In this document: positions 1-9,151 of the stretch, one piece after another
How positions within the stretch are numbered: the first letter of the stretch is position 1
Layout of the letters: the number at the start of each line of letters is the position of its first letter
Origin: a virus
DNA length: 64,000 bases
IMG/VR virus record: IMGVR_UViG_3300033981_002321
Location: 1 to 64,000 of that record
Direction: 5' to 3' (one strand)
The notes under the pieces: generated by a model
Told to the model about the DNA's origin: nothing
The model's input: the letters and a program-made list of their open reading frames with translations, nothing else
Database searches by the model: none
Made by a program: the position numbers and the translations under genes

Positions 1-596
1 TGAGTAGTACCGCACTCGCTATGCCAGCTTTTCATCTGCAGGATTTGGGGGTGATCCAATACATGGCTGGCAACCGCACGCAGACGTTGCTGGGCATCTG
101 CAGCAATTGGCAACCCGTTGGCGCCGTTCAGAATGGCGCCGTTCAGAATGGCGCCGTGCAGAATGGCGCCGCGCAGAATGGCGTAGCTCAGATTGGCGCC
201 GCGCAGATTGGCGCCGTTCAGAATGGCGTGGCTCAGATTGGCGCCGCTCAGATTGGCGCCGCGCAGAATGGCGTAGCTCAGATTGGCGCCGCGCAGATTG
301 GCGCCGTTCAGAATGGCGTGGCTCAGATTGGCGCCGCTCAGATTGGCGCCGCGCAGAATGGCGTAGCTCAGATTGGCGCCGCTCAGAATGGCGCCGTTCA
401 GAATGGCGCCGCGCAGATTAGCGCCGCGCAGATTGGCGCCGTTCAGATTAGCGCCGTGCAGATTGGCGCCGTGCAGATTGGCGCCGCGCAGATTGGCGTA
501 GCTCAGATTGGCGCGGACGCCAGCAGGATCGCCGGCAAGCCATAGCGTGTGCAGGCGAAGCGTCTCGCTGATGTTGACTGTTTGGCTGTCAGTCAT
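1..596 (-). CDS. Pentapeptide-repeat protein (3' end runs off the window)
   Basis: Reverse complement reads [43 protein letters not shown]..., i.e. canonical A(N/I)Lxx repeats, then ...[12 protein letters not shown]. Its ATG overlaps the upstream stop (ATGA). Absent from the ORF track because there is no stop in the window. Confidence 0.9.
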   Translation of the reverse strand, partial: MTDSQTVNISETLRLHTLWLAGDPAGVRANLSYANLRGANLHGANLHGANLNGANLRGANLRGAILNGAILSGANLSYAILRGANLSGANLSHAILNGANLRGANLSYAILRGANLSGANLSHAILNGANLRGANLSYAILRGAILHGAILNGAILNGANGLPIAADAQQRLRAVASHVLDHPQILQMKSWHSECGTT

Positions 597-820
597 GGAC
601 GTGTCTCTGTGGTGAGTGGGTCCTGAGATTCGTTCCAGAGATTGACACCTGGCTGGTCCACCGCGCCGTTGTTGCGGATGTCGGCCCAGCTCCAGGATTC
701 GGCGCCATCGACGTGCAGCTGAAACTGGATCTCGCCGGTTGGTAGCTCAGGATGCTCGGTGTCGCGCAGGATGCGCTGAACAGCGTCAGCGATTTCGCGT
801 TTTTGGCGGACTGAAAACAT
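593..820 (-). CDS. Hypothetical phage protein ([15 protein letters not shown]...)
   Basis: C-terminal part of ORF 593..1003; ATG at 820 preceded by GGAG; coupled to the pentapeptide gene. Confidence 0.7.
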   Translation of the reverse strand: MFSVRQKREIADAVQRILRDTEHPELPTGEIQFQLHVDGAESWSWADIRNNGAVDQPGVNLWNESQDPLTTETRP

Positions 821-848
821 GGTGTCTCCGTAATGATGTGGTGAGTGA

Positions 849-948
849 TCAAGCGGCCAACAACCGCCGAACCGTGGTGCGCGAACACCCCAGTCGATCA
901 GCGATGCGCTGCTGTGTCCAGCCGTTGCGGCGCCACCGCCGCGCCCTG
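849..948 (-). pseudogene. Headless small HTH gene fragment
   Basis: Alternative frame reads RARRWRRNGWTQQRIADRLGCSRTTVRRLLAA* (clear HTH pattern) with an upstream in-frame TAG and no start codon. Confidence 0.6.
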
Positions 949-995
949 CATAGAGAGGATGCGGCAGACTATTGATGGCTTCCATGTCCAGTAAA

Positions 996-1211
996 TCAGC
1001 CACGGTCGTAGTCTTCCTGCTTAATAGGCAAAGTCAGATAACGCAGAAAAGGAATTGATCCAGCCCAAGCAGAATCAAAATCCCTCAACACTTTGTTTGT
1101 AATCCAGTGATTTCCGCCCCATCCATCACAACCAGTTCCGCCGGTATTCCCCCAGAACCATCGCCCAAGGAAGCCACCTTCACTGGTTATGCGGAAGAAG
1201 TGATTGCTCAT
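996..1211 (-). CDS. Hypothetical protein (MSNHFFRIT...)
   Basis: ORF track; ATG 1211 lies just downstream of promoter 1235-1263. Confidence 0.55.
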   Translation of the reverse strand: MSNHFFRITSEGGFLGRWFWGNTGGTGCDGWGGNHWITNKVLRDFDSAWAGSIPFLRYLTLPIKQEDYDRG

Positions 1212-1234
1212 GCCGCCCCCTGAAGTACCTGCCA

Positions 1235-1263
1235 ACTGTAGCACCGTTGGGCCCAAGCGGCAA
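1235..1263 (-). promoter_or_regulatory. Sigma70-type promoter, GGTGC-spacer class
   Basis: TTGCCG-cttgggcccaacggtgc-TACAGT, 17-bp spacer. Confidence 0.6.
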
Positions 1264-1312
1264 GACACAGAACAGGGAGAGTATGGAGATGGGGCGAGGA
1301 GTAACAGCTCGG

Positions 1313-2218
1313 TTAAACCAATAGACCAGCAATAAAACTTCTGTCAGCCTCCAGACTTTGCTGATTTCTCAGCACGGTGCCCTTAAAACCATCCATGAGC
1401 CAAATATTATGCCCTTTGTCCCATACCTCTTTCAGCCCAGAAACATTAGAAAGTAATGGCCAGGAGTGATCTGTGTCAAAAATAATGGGTTTGCCAACTT
1501 TGTCGAATTGCCCATTCCTTAAAGCAGTGAACGTGGGACCATACCAGTCAGCCCCGGTTGTTTTCATCCAAACCAGTTCGTTCCGCCCCTTTGTGGCCCT
1601 GATACCACTGGCATAAGAAACCCCAATAGGTTTATCGGACCACTTCTTGACCCACTTGACAACCGCAGGCTGAAACCATTTCACGGAGTCAGCGGGCAGC
1701 TCATTGCCTACCTCGTAAATCACGTTGCCATAGCTTTCAAGTGTTTTTACCACTTGCTTTACGTGTGCTCGCTGATATTGGTTCCACTTTCCCTTGGTAT
1801 GCACTTGATCGTAAGACTTGGGCCCCATACCATTAAATGGATGCCTTTCCCACGCCCCCTCAAATATCCTTTCAATCGAGTTCTCGAACAAGGTAACACC
1901 TACTATAATATCTTTCTTTTTTGCTTTCTCGACGAACGCTTCAAGATTTCTGTAAAACGATCTGTTCGACAGGCCATTTTTTTTCCATGGCCCATCTTGT
2001 ATTTTTGCGACACCAGGAGTATTGCTGCCCCACTGCGACTGAGAGAAAATTGCCCCACCCGTTTCTACGGTCCAGGCTCTTGTAAAGTTACCCGTGATCC
2101 TGTCAATTCCTATTTTTTCGCCCCCGATCCTCTGAATCGTGTTCCAGGTGTGATTACCTGCAAGCCTGATTCTCTTACCATTTTTGTAAAAATTTTTGCC
2201 CTTAATGGTGATAGTCAC
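1313..2218 (-). CDS. Glycoside hydrolase clan A-like TIM-barrel protein
   Basis: NVIYEVGNE acid/base-type motif, F..NGK...L.G N-terminus, 301 aa; lower GC than flanks. Confidence 0.55.
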   Translation of the reverse strand: MTITIKGKNFYKNGKRIRLAGNHTWNTIQRIGGEKIGIDRITGNFTRAWTVETGGAIFSQSQWGSNTPGVAKIQDGPWKKNGLSNRSFYRNLEAFVEKAKKKDIIVGVTLFENSIERIFEGAWERHPFNGMGPKSYDQVHTKGKWNQYQRAHVKQVVKTLESYGNVIYEVGNELPADSVKWFQPAVVKWVKKWSDKPIGVSYASGIRATKGRNELVWMKTTGADWYGPTFTALRNGQFDKVGKPIIFDTDHSWPLLSNVSGLKEVWDKGHNIWLMDGFKGTVLRNQQSLEADRSFIAGLLV

Positions 2219-2248
2219 GGTGGCATGGATGTAGACAGTTTCACAAGT

Positions 2249-2276
2249 ATTGTATCTTGACTTGTCGAGTTGACAA
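2249..2276 (-). promoter_or_regulatory. Putative promoter for the GH-like gene
   Basis: TTGTCA-16 bp-TACAAT on the minus strand, overlapping inverted repeat CTTGTC-N5-GACAAG. Confidence 0.45.
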
Positions 2277-2290
2277 GCTGCATTAAATAC

Positions 2291-2614
2291 TCAGTCTTGC
2301 ATCCTCAGGAAGCGAATTTGTTTCGCGACTGCCAGATTCCCCTCTCTCTTGAATTTGTAAACACACTCCCCCTCAGCAGCAAGAAGCTCAAAGAATCTTC
2401 CACTAAAACGCATACCATGAATTAAATAAGTGTCAGTTAGTATGTCGTAATGATTTTGCCTTGTTAGCGCCCAGCCAAGCATTTGAACTGGAAACAAAAT
2501 AAATCTAATACATCGAGCCCACCAGGGAAGAATCATCCCCTCTGGCAAAGAAAAGAAATCACAGATTTGATGAAAGGCTTTTACTCTGAACCTGAAGAAA
2601 AAATCTTTTTTCAT
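2291..2614 (-). CDS. Hypothetical protein
   Basis: ORF track; overlapping start/stop with neighbour. Confidence 0.6.
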   Translation of the reverse strand: MKKDFFFRFRVKAFHQICDFFSLPEGMILPWWARCIRFILFPVQMLGWALTRQNHYDILTDTYLIHGMRFSGRFFELLAAEGECVYKFKREGNLAVAKQIRFLRMQD

Positions 2615-2829
2615 TTGAAATTACTAGAGTCTGAGTAACCATCAAAAAGCACAGGCGGTTTTTCAGCCAAAAGCGTGGCACATTGATTTTGCAAAAGCCT
2701 AATCTCATGCAAAAGAACGTGGACTGTTGCAAGCTGGTCAAGACCAGCTCGAACACAACGATTGGCAAGGGGCGAGGTTGAGTAAAACTCTCCAGCGTCT
2801 TCTGCTGTAAAACGAGGTGAATTTTTCAT
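2611..2829 (-). CDS. Hypothetical protein
   Basis: ORF track; ATGA-type coupling on both sides. Confidence 0.6.
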   Translation of the reverse strand: MKNSPRFTAEDAGEFYSTSPLANRCVRAGLDQLATVHVLLHEIRLLQNQCATLLAEKPPVLFDGYSDSSNFK

Positions 2830-3059
2830 CTGTCGAATAAAGCTGATTTAATAACTGACAGACACTCGGGACAGGGAACCAATCGACCTTGGTCCTCTGT
2901 CGAGTAAGCAGCGTGATCTATGTCTTGAAAGCACCAATCGAAGCTGGATAGCCTTTGCCCACACCAGGAGGTTTTCTGCCTATCGGCGTGCGTGTGCTGA
3001 ATGCACTTGATGTACTCAGGCCTGTTATTCATGGCTTTGAAAGCGCTTGATGTCTTCAA
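2826..3059 (-). CDS. Small Cys/His-rich (Zn-finger-like) protein
   Basis: SWCG ... PCPEC motifs; true start may be the internal MNNRPE. Confidence 0.6.
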   Translation of the reverse strand: MKTSSAFKAMNNRPEYIKCIQHTHADRQKTSWCGQRLSSFDWCFQDIDHAAYSTEDQGRLVPCPECLSVIKSALFDR

Positions 3060-3378
3060 TGGCTGTGAACTCGGTTTGACTCATCCGCCCCTGCAGCATG
3101 TCGGATGCCAAGTAAACCATTTCGTTCCACTCACAAAAACGTTTATCGATGTTATTTTCTTTCATCCAGTGCGTAAAAGCCCAGACGTGACCGAAATAGG
3201 GCTTTCCCTCGCCTGAGGACATCTCTATCTCATCAAGAGTTGGTTTGTATTTTTCGATGAATTGTTTTGACAGTAGCTCTCGCCTTGCCCTCCGCAGTTC
3301 GTCAGCCACAATCTGATAGCCATTGATCTGATTGATAGCAGACTTGATCTCGGCGTCAATCCTTTCAAGTTCACTCAT
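3025..3378 (-). CDS. Hypothetical protein (MSELERID...)
   Basis: Internal ATG 3378 of the track ORF abuts the upstream stop. Confidence 0.65.
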   Translation of the reverse strand: MSELERIDAEIKSAINQINGYQIVADELRRARRELLSKQFIEKYKPTLDEIEMSSGEGKPYFGHVWAFTHWMKENNIDKRFCEWNEMVYLASDMLQGRMSQTEFTAIEDIKRFQSHE

Positions 3379-3623
3379 TACTTCGCCCAGGCGAATGGAA
3401 TATCGTCCTTGGGTGTATTTTGAGAATCCTCCTCCTGAGTTGGAAGATCCTGCCATTCCGCACCGCGTTCACCGTATCCTTCCGTCCACGTAAAAAGCCC
3501 CTGCAATACATATTCACTCTCGCCCCCTTCGTATTTTCTGTGAATTAGGCGATAGGCGGAAGGAACATTTGATCCGATACGTGGCTGGGCCAAGGTAGCA
3601 AAAATAAATTGCGGTTCGCTCAT
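3378..3623 (-). CDS. Hypothetical protein ending DDIPFAWAK
   Basis: ORF track; coupled to neighbours; acidic DDIPF tail resembles SSB-like C-termini. Confidence 0.6.
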   Translation of the reverse strand: MSEPQFIFATLAQPRIGSNVPSAYRLIHRKYEGGESEYVLQGLFTWTEGYGERGAEWQDLPTQEEDSQNTPKDDIPFAWAK

Positions 3624-3902
3624 TTTACTGCCTCCACGCAGTAAGCGCCATTGCTCCAGGCAATAGCAGAAATTCGCTTGACATGGATCTCTGCATCTTC
3701 GCCAGGCCTTGGTGGCATACTAGATCCCTCGTTGTGCCACCATTCTTCAAACAATTCCATAACTTCTTTTTGTGTTTTCAATGGTTTCATTTGTGCATGA
3801 CTCCCGTAAGAAAGGCCGCTAGCAGAAATCCAGTAACAAAGCCCAGCATCATTCCAGTTGCAGTGGTTTGAACTGATTGACAAACAGCAAATGCCTGAGT
3901 GA

Positions 3903-4250
3903 TCATCTCTTTGCCTCGTGAAACATTTCCATCAAATGTAAAAGATTTCTTTTTTGGATCTCGGTGAGGATACTTTCGTAAATGGGATAAACATCAGAGA
4001 CATCTGATTCCTGCAACGCCAGCCAGTCCTGATCAGCAAGCCAGTCAGCGATTTCACCAATAAAGCCAGGGGGCGGAGAAGTATCAAGAAGATCCCTGTG
4101 CTTTTTCCTGAGAAAAGCTTCAACGTTGAGAAGATGAAAGTCGCCCATTCTTGAGATTGGAATCGATCGCCCATCTTTGGTTTTCCAGACGGGTTCTTCG
4201 ATTGCGGTTTTTGTTAAGCTTTCCATGTGATGGCATAAAACGAAAATCAA
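3903..4250 (-). CDS. Hypothetical phage protein (WKTKDGRSIPISRMGDFHLLN motif)
   Basis: W.T.DG..I.I..M...HL.N pattern common in phage small proteins. Confidence 0.65.
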   Translation of the reverse strand: MIFVLCHHMESLTKTAIEEPVWKTKDGRSIPISRMGDFHLLNVEAFLRKKHRDLLDTSPPPGFIGEIADWLADQDWLALQESDVSDVYPIYESILTEIQKRNLLHLMEMFHEAKR

Positions 4251-4273
4251 AGTCGATCAGAGTGCATTTCACG

Positions 4274-4549
4274 TCAGCGATACTGCAGAAACTCGGGCTC
4301 AATCATTCCATCTCGCTGATTGATATACTGCCACGCCTCATTCCACGTAGAGCAGGGGCGAACGCAGGACTGCCACCATTTACGTGCCAGAGAACGACGC
4401 CCTGAACGAAGCATCTTGCTCCAGTCAAGCTGCAAAAAACGCAGGCGATTGATCAGTGAATCAATTGGGGACGTGGAAGACGTGATGATTTTTGTTCTGC
4501 GAATGTTGGTGGCTCCGGTGTACGTTTTGCCAGAAGGAAGAACCGTCAT
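4274..4549 (-). CDS. Hypothetical protein
   Basis: ORF track, same-strand operon. Confidence 0.5.
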   Translation of the reverse strand: MTVLPSGKTYTGATNIRRTKIITSSTSPIDSLINRLRFLQLDWSKMLRSGRRSLARKWWQSCVRPCSTWNEAWQYINQRDGMIEPEFLQYR

Positions 4550-4605
4550 AAAAGAAGGGCGATGAAACGATGTGCCGGATAGGCTCCGGCGGGCCGTGAA
4601 ACAGA

Positions 4606-5019
4606 TCAGACAGCCTCAAGAGCGGCCAGTTGCAGCTTCAGCTGATCAAGCGAAGCCGACTGCAAACCTTCTTGCTCCTTGGCTTCAATCGCCTCCATGA
4701 TCTTCTGCCGCTTGGTGGCACGCTCAGCAGCGTCAGAGGCCTTCTGGGCTTCCTCCTGGCGCACGGCGATCACGGTCTTCAGCAGCTCCAGTATGGCCCT
4801 CAGCGTGTCCCTCCGGGGGTTCCTGGAGGTCTCCACGAAGCTCTCCTCCTCCAGGGACTTCAGCTCGCGGTTCACTTCGATGGCGATGTTGTTGACACTA
4901 AAACCGCTGCGAGAAGTGAGAGGAATGTCCCAAAGCTGTTCAATGGTCAGTTCGCCTCGCTCAGAGGGGAAGCGAAACTTTTTGCGAGAGGCGAGAAGAA
5001 ACAGATTGACTTCGGACAT
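4606..5019 (-). CDS. Conserved phage coiled-coil protein (partner of the 673-aa gene)
   Basis: LF..ASRKKFRFPS.RG.L..EQLWD.PL motif followed by a helical C-terminus. Confidence 0.8.
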   Translation of the reverse strand: MSEVNLFLLASRKKFRFPSERGELTIEQLWDIPLTSRSGFSVNNIAIEVNRELKSLEEESFVETSRNPRRDTLRAILELLKTVIAVRQEEAQKASDAAERATKRQKIMEAIEAKEQEGLQSASLDQLKLQLAALEAV

Positions 5020-5054
5020 GGTGCGTAAAAGTGATGTGTGTTTGAGAATGATGG

Positions 5055-7076
5055 TCAGAACTTGATTGTAAACGGTCGCCCATCCGCAATCACGTTCACG
5101 GAGTCAGAACGAGTAGAAGAAAAGCCAACACCAGAGAGTTGATTGTTACTCGGCTGGCACTTGGTTTTGTTGCCAAGCACCTCGAACACTCTGCGATGCC
5201 GCTCAAGTGAACTCATTAGAAATTCATTGAAAATCCCCCTTGCAGGCTCTGGATTAAGGCACTTGTCGAGAATGAAGAAGTAGTGCCGGTTGCCCGTCTT
5301 GCTTGAATTCTCCCAGTGATTGGGGGAGAGCATCAGGACATTGACCTTCGTTGGCGTGTTAGTTTTCACGCCCCACTTCTCCCGTGCAATTGCTGCACTT
5401 CCACTAAGTTTACCATGGGTCTTGATTTCTGCAAGCTCCCCGTCCTCAACGATAAGTGTCAGGCAGTGAACCCCAGGATGCCCCTGACCAGGCATGGGCG
5501 AGGCGTCGCAAGAGAATTCATGGATGCTGCCAGCAAATTCAACCTGAAGCTGAAAACCTGGATCAGCGGTTTCACGGCGACAGAAGTTGTTGACGTAAAT
5601 CTTGTATTCGCCATCAGTAATCTGAATCCAGCTCAGATTTTCGACAGGTTCCCGTGAACGACCAAAGCCAGCGTTCATGTCAACATCAAGAATACCTCTT
5701 GTAGCGCCGTAGTAAATATGGGTTCCGCGAGGATCAATGCAATGAATGTCAAGATCGTCGTAGTTGAACCACGCTAGGGAGCAGCGAAACAGTGCATTGA
5801 TGTTGCCACCAGCAGTTTTCACGCGCTCTTTAATCGAGTCAGCGACATCACCGTCATAAGACCAACCAAAAGCGTTGTCCCACTTAAACAGTGAGGGCGA
5901 GTCAGGAATAGCCGGGGCAGTAATACTTGCAAAGTTATTTAGGTGACGGTTTTCAAGAACTAGCTCGATGCGCTTGCTACGCATTGCGATGAACTGCTCA
6001 ATCCCAATCTCCTCGCCCTTGCGTGTAGAAGCGGTGGGACGCACCTCTTCCATCAAGAGATCGGTCAGGCCGCCCTTTGCCTTGCCCCGCACATCGTTGT
6101 CGATGAAGATAATGTCATTGACACTGATGTCTTCAATCGAAGCGAAGCGACGGCTGATTGAATCCTCCAGGTCAAGGCGCTTGAGTGTTGCAACAGCATC
6201 TTCGATCATGCGGGGCGTGATCAAAGCTTTGGGGCGCTTGTAGTTTGCTGGGGCAACCTTACTTTCAAAGCTTTTGATAGCTTTCTCTTGTTCCACCCCC
6301 TCAGAAAGGTCAACAGCAAGTGTGCCGATCACCGTGTTCTTGAAGCGAGCAGCGGGGTTGCCAACATGCTCCCAGGCGTAAAGCTCTTTGTTTTCCGCCC
6401 TTTCGTGACCTCGCTTAAGGGAACGGAACTCGGCGACGGACTTGCGATGCTCTTCGCCCCGATAGATTTGGTTGTCATCGATCAGAGTGATAATCTCATC
6501 GAGATCAGAAGACTTGATGATTTCAAGCCCCCGCTTAAATACATCGTAAACCGAGTTGATCTTGCCAATATCCTCGCCCGGCGAACGAGAGATGCAGCGA
6601 CTGGGAGTATTGCCGTAGAAGTGATACCAAGTAATCGCAGCATGAGAATCAAAGTTTTTCTCGTGCCCGAAGTTTATTTCTTTGGTACGGAAAACAGAAA
6701 GAATAGGGCTGCTTCGCACAATGCGATCCACCTCCTCTGCAACAGTGGCGTAGGTGTCGGAGATACCAGTCAGCCCCTGCCAGACCGTGTAGATCTGACC
6801 GTCCTTGATTGCGATGATCGCCCCTAGATTGCGAATGAACTGCTTGCAACACTGGCAGTCGTGTTCACTGCGCTCGCGAAAGATAGGGTTAGTGCCCTCG
6901 GGGAAAGCGTTCAGATAGTAATCAAAGATTTCGGGGCAATCAACTTTATAGAACTCGGCAAAGCTGCCCTTGAGTTGTTGGAGCCGCTGGTTGACGGCAA
7001 TGGCAAACTCTCGGAAGCCACCAGCAACGGGCATGGCGGAAACAGAAGACGTGGGGCGGTCGATGGAGACTGTCAT
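5055..7076 (-). CDS. Large conserved phage protein with an N-terminal Cys cluster and a YfaP/DUF2135-like domain
   Basis: 673 aa; EHDCQCCKQFI; LAWFNYDDLDIHC..P.G...LDVDMNAG...PVENL.W. Confidence 0.8.
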   Translation of the reverse strand: MTVSIDRPTSSVSAMPVAGGFREFAIAVNQRLQQLKGSFAEFYKVDCPEIFDYYLNAFPEGTNPIFRERSEHDCQCCKQFIRNLGAIIAIKDGQIYTVWQGLTGISDTYATVAEEVDRIVRSSPILSVFRTKEINFGHEKNFDSHAAITWYHFYGNTPSRCISRSPGEDIGKINSVYDVFKRGLEIIKSSDLDEIITLIDDNQIYRGEEHRKSVAEFRSLKRGHERAENKELYAWEHVGNPAARFKNTVIGTLAVDLSEGVEQEKAIKSFESKVAPANYKRPKALITPRMIEDAVATLKRLDLEDSISRRFASIEDISVNDIIFIDNDVRGKAKGGLTDLLMEEVRPTASTRKGEEIGIEQFIAMRSKRIELVLENRHLNNFASITAPAIPDSPSLFKWDNAFGWSYDGDVADSIKERVKTAGGNINALFRCSLAWFNYDDLDIHCIDPRGTHIYYGATRGILDVDMNAGFGRSREPVENLSWIQITDGEYKIYVNNFCRRETADPGFQLQVEFAGSIHEFSCDASPMPGQGHPGVHCLTLIVEDGELAEIKTHGKLSGSAAIAREKWGVKTNTPTKVNVLMLSPNHWENSSKTGNRHYFFILDKCLNPEPARGIFNEFLMSSLERHRRVFEVLGNKTKCQPSNNQLSGVGFSSTRSDSVNVIADGRPFTIKF

Positions 7077-7112
7077 TTGATTGGTTGATTCGTGTGACTG
7101 GTTTGAATGGAA

Positions 7113-8126
7113 TTAAGCGAATGACCAGTCGATGAAAACAGCATCGTGAATGCTTTCATCAACAATTGCAGTAGCGATTGACACGGGCGTAGGGGATGGA
7201 ATCTTTTCAATGAAAGAAGCTATCTCGGAAATCAGCTGATTTCTCTTCTCTTGACGAGCACGAGCATCGGCTTCCTCTTTCTCAATTCGCTCCCACTCAA
7301 GCCGAGCTTGCTCCTCCTCGCGAGCTTTCTCTTCTTGTTCTTTCTGCTGTAAAAGCAACTTAGCTTTTTCCGCCTCCTCTTCGGCCATTTGCTGTGCAAT
7401 CAGGGCAGCCTGAGTGCGCTCTCGCTCTTTTGCCGCAAGTTCCTCAGCTTCAAGGCGTCGCCGAGCCGCTTCGACTTCACGAGCTTTGCGATCAGCCTCA
7501 ATAGCCTCTTGCTTGATTCGCTCAAGCCGATCCGCTTCGTCACGAGCAGCTTTTTCAGCGCGAAGCTTTTCAAGCTCAGCTTGTTGCTCTTCTTGAATCA
7601 GCAGCATGTCAAAAGCCGCTTGCAGCTTCTCCAGGGCCTCCTGCTTACGATTGGTGCCAGCAGTGGAGAACTCCTCCAGACTGGAGGTATCAATGGCCTC
7701 CAGTTCTTTGATTCGAGCCTGCGCCTCCTGAGAAGTGGAGACGCCCTCGGCAAGAGTTGCAATCCTGCCAAGCACGGCCTTGTGGATGCTGATGCGAGCT
7801 TCTTCTTCTGCCTCCAGGGCTTTAATCTCCTGCTCGTGAGGCTCAATCAGTCCTTGAACAGAAGCTTCAAGCAGTTTGGCTGTTTCGTCTACAGCCTTGC
7901 CTCGTTGAATGTGAACTGCCTTGGCGTCTTTGCGAGCACGTTCAATGTCGCCCTTGAGCTTACGCAGGCTGGCAACCCAGCTACGAGCTTCTTTGTTTTG
8001 CTTTTTGTCTCGGTAGTCAAAGATTTTTTCTTGAGACTCTTCTGTTGCGATAGCGATGTTTGCAGCAATAGCGTCCCATTTGCTTAAAGCTGTTACTTCT
8101 GTATCTGCTAATACAATTTGACTCAT
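7113..8126 (-). CDS. Long coiled-coil phage protein
   Basis: E/A/R/K-rich helical sequence; ATG 8126 downstream of promoter 8178-8206. Confidence 0.8.
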   Translation of the reverse strand: MSQIVLADTEVTALSKWDAIAANIAIATEESQEKIFDYRDKKQNKEARSWVASLRKLKGDIERARKDAKAVHIQRGKAVDETAKLLEASVQGLIEPHEQEIKALEAEEEARISIHKAVLGRIATLAEGVSTSQEAQARIKELEAIDTSSLEEFSTAGTNRKQEALEKLQAAFDMLLIQEEQQAELEKLRAEKAARDEADRLERIKQEAIEADRKAREVEAARRRLEAEELAAKERERTQAALIAQQMAEEEAEKAKLLLQQKEQEEKAREEEQARLEWERIEKEEADARARQEKRNQLISEIASFIEKIPSPTPVSIATAIVDESIHDAVFIDWSFA

Positions 8127-8177
8127 TGAGGGGTGTCTGCGAAGGAAGGGGGCCACTGGTGGCCTGACCTGTCTGCG

Positions 8178-8206
8178 ACACTAGCACCGATAGTGCCATA
8201 GCGCAA
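8178..8206 (-). promoter_or_regulatory. Sigma70-type promoter, GGTGC-spacer class
   Basis: TTGCGC-tatggcactatcggtgc-TAGTGT; spacer palindrome GCACTATCGGTGC. Confidence 0.6.
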
Positions 8207-8211
8207 TCCCA

Positions 8212-8502
8212 ATGTCAGAAAATCTTCAAACTGTTGCAAGCAGTCGGCAACCTGATAGACTGCGAGGACTTGAGCGACTTCTCATGAAGCTGCGGCCTCA
8301 CGCGAACAAGTTTCTTTTTATTGTCGTGAATGTATTCAAAGCAGTTTGCATGGTTGCTGCAATATTTGCAGTTCTCTGTTTTATTGTTATTGGAATAGGC
8401 GGTCTGTTGCTTGCAAGCTATGGATTGGGGGGCTTGGCGGGGGTTGTTTTTACAGTTCTTGCTCTGCTTGGGCTGCTTTTTCTTGGCCAATCGGGGCGAT
8501 GA
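8212..8502 (+). CDS. Small membrane protein (2 TM)
   Basis: Long hydrophobic, Gly-rich C-terminal half; stop overlaps the next ATG. Confidence 0.6.
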   Translation: MSENLQTVASSRQPDRLRGLERLLMKLRPHANKFLFIVVNVFKAVCMVAAIFAVLCFIVIGIGGLLLASYGLGGLAGVVFTVLALLGLLFLGQSGR

Positions 8503-9089
8503 GCAACAAAAGGATCTACGCGGGGATAGGTTCAAGAGAAACGCCCCCTGCAACACTTGTGATCATCAAGAAGCTGGCGGGCCTGCTGGAGCGAGAGGGG
8601 TGGCTGCTGCGGAGTGGGGGCGCAGATGGCGCCGACACCACCTTTGAGCAGGGCGTGAGGGACCCCAGGCATCGAGCCATCTTCCTCCCCGGAGACTGGT
8701 TCAACGAGCGCAGGGCGGGCACTGGCGGCTTTTACGACAGCACCAAGCTCCCAGGCTGGGAGAAGGCCCTGAAGACGGTAGATCGCTTTCACCCCGCCCC
8801 CGACAATCTCAGTCCGTTTGGGCGCAAATTGATGGCGAGGAACGCCATGCAGATACTTGGGCCAAACCTTGATCGCCCCACTGATTTGGTTATCGCATGG
8901 ACGAAGAGCGGTCTAATGTCTGGCGGAACATCGCAGGCACTAAGAATCGCGGAAGAATATAAAGTGCCGGTCATAAATCTCGGCTCTCCGTTTTACGGCC
9001 ATTTGATTGATGGTGTGCAGTCTGGAATCAATGCAGAGCATGTCGTGATACAAAAAGTGATGGAGCAGTGCTGGCAGCTAGAGTCTTAG
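8499..9089 (+). CDS. SLOG-superfamily (DprA/Smf-like Rossmannoid) protein
   Basis: YAGIGSRETP, LRSGGADGAD, RN..QILG, SGGT.QALRIA motifs; start moved to MSNKR (8499). Confidence 0.8.
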   Translation: MSNKRIYAGIGSRETPPATLVIIKKLAGLLEREGWLLRSGGADGADTTFEQGVRDPRHRAIFLPGDWFNERRAGTGGFYDSTKLPGWEKALKTVDRFHPAPDNLSPFGRKLMARNAMQILGPNLDRPTDLVIAWTKSGLMSGGTSQALRIAEEYKVPVINLGSPFYGHLIDGVQSGINAEHVVIQKVMEQCWQLES

Positions 9090-9151
9090 CAGACGCAACT
9101 GGATAAAGCCTGTCCTGCCGTTCATGGCTTGATAGAGCCCACATTTTCGCC

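Noticed and set aside
21-545. Plus-strand GA(A/V)Q(I/N) repeat ORF and WRR repeat ORF
   Set aside because: Shadows of the minus-strand A(N/I)Lxx pentapeptide gene, which fits operon direction and coupling
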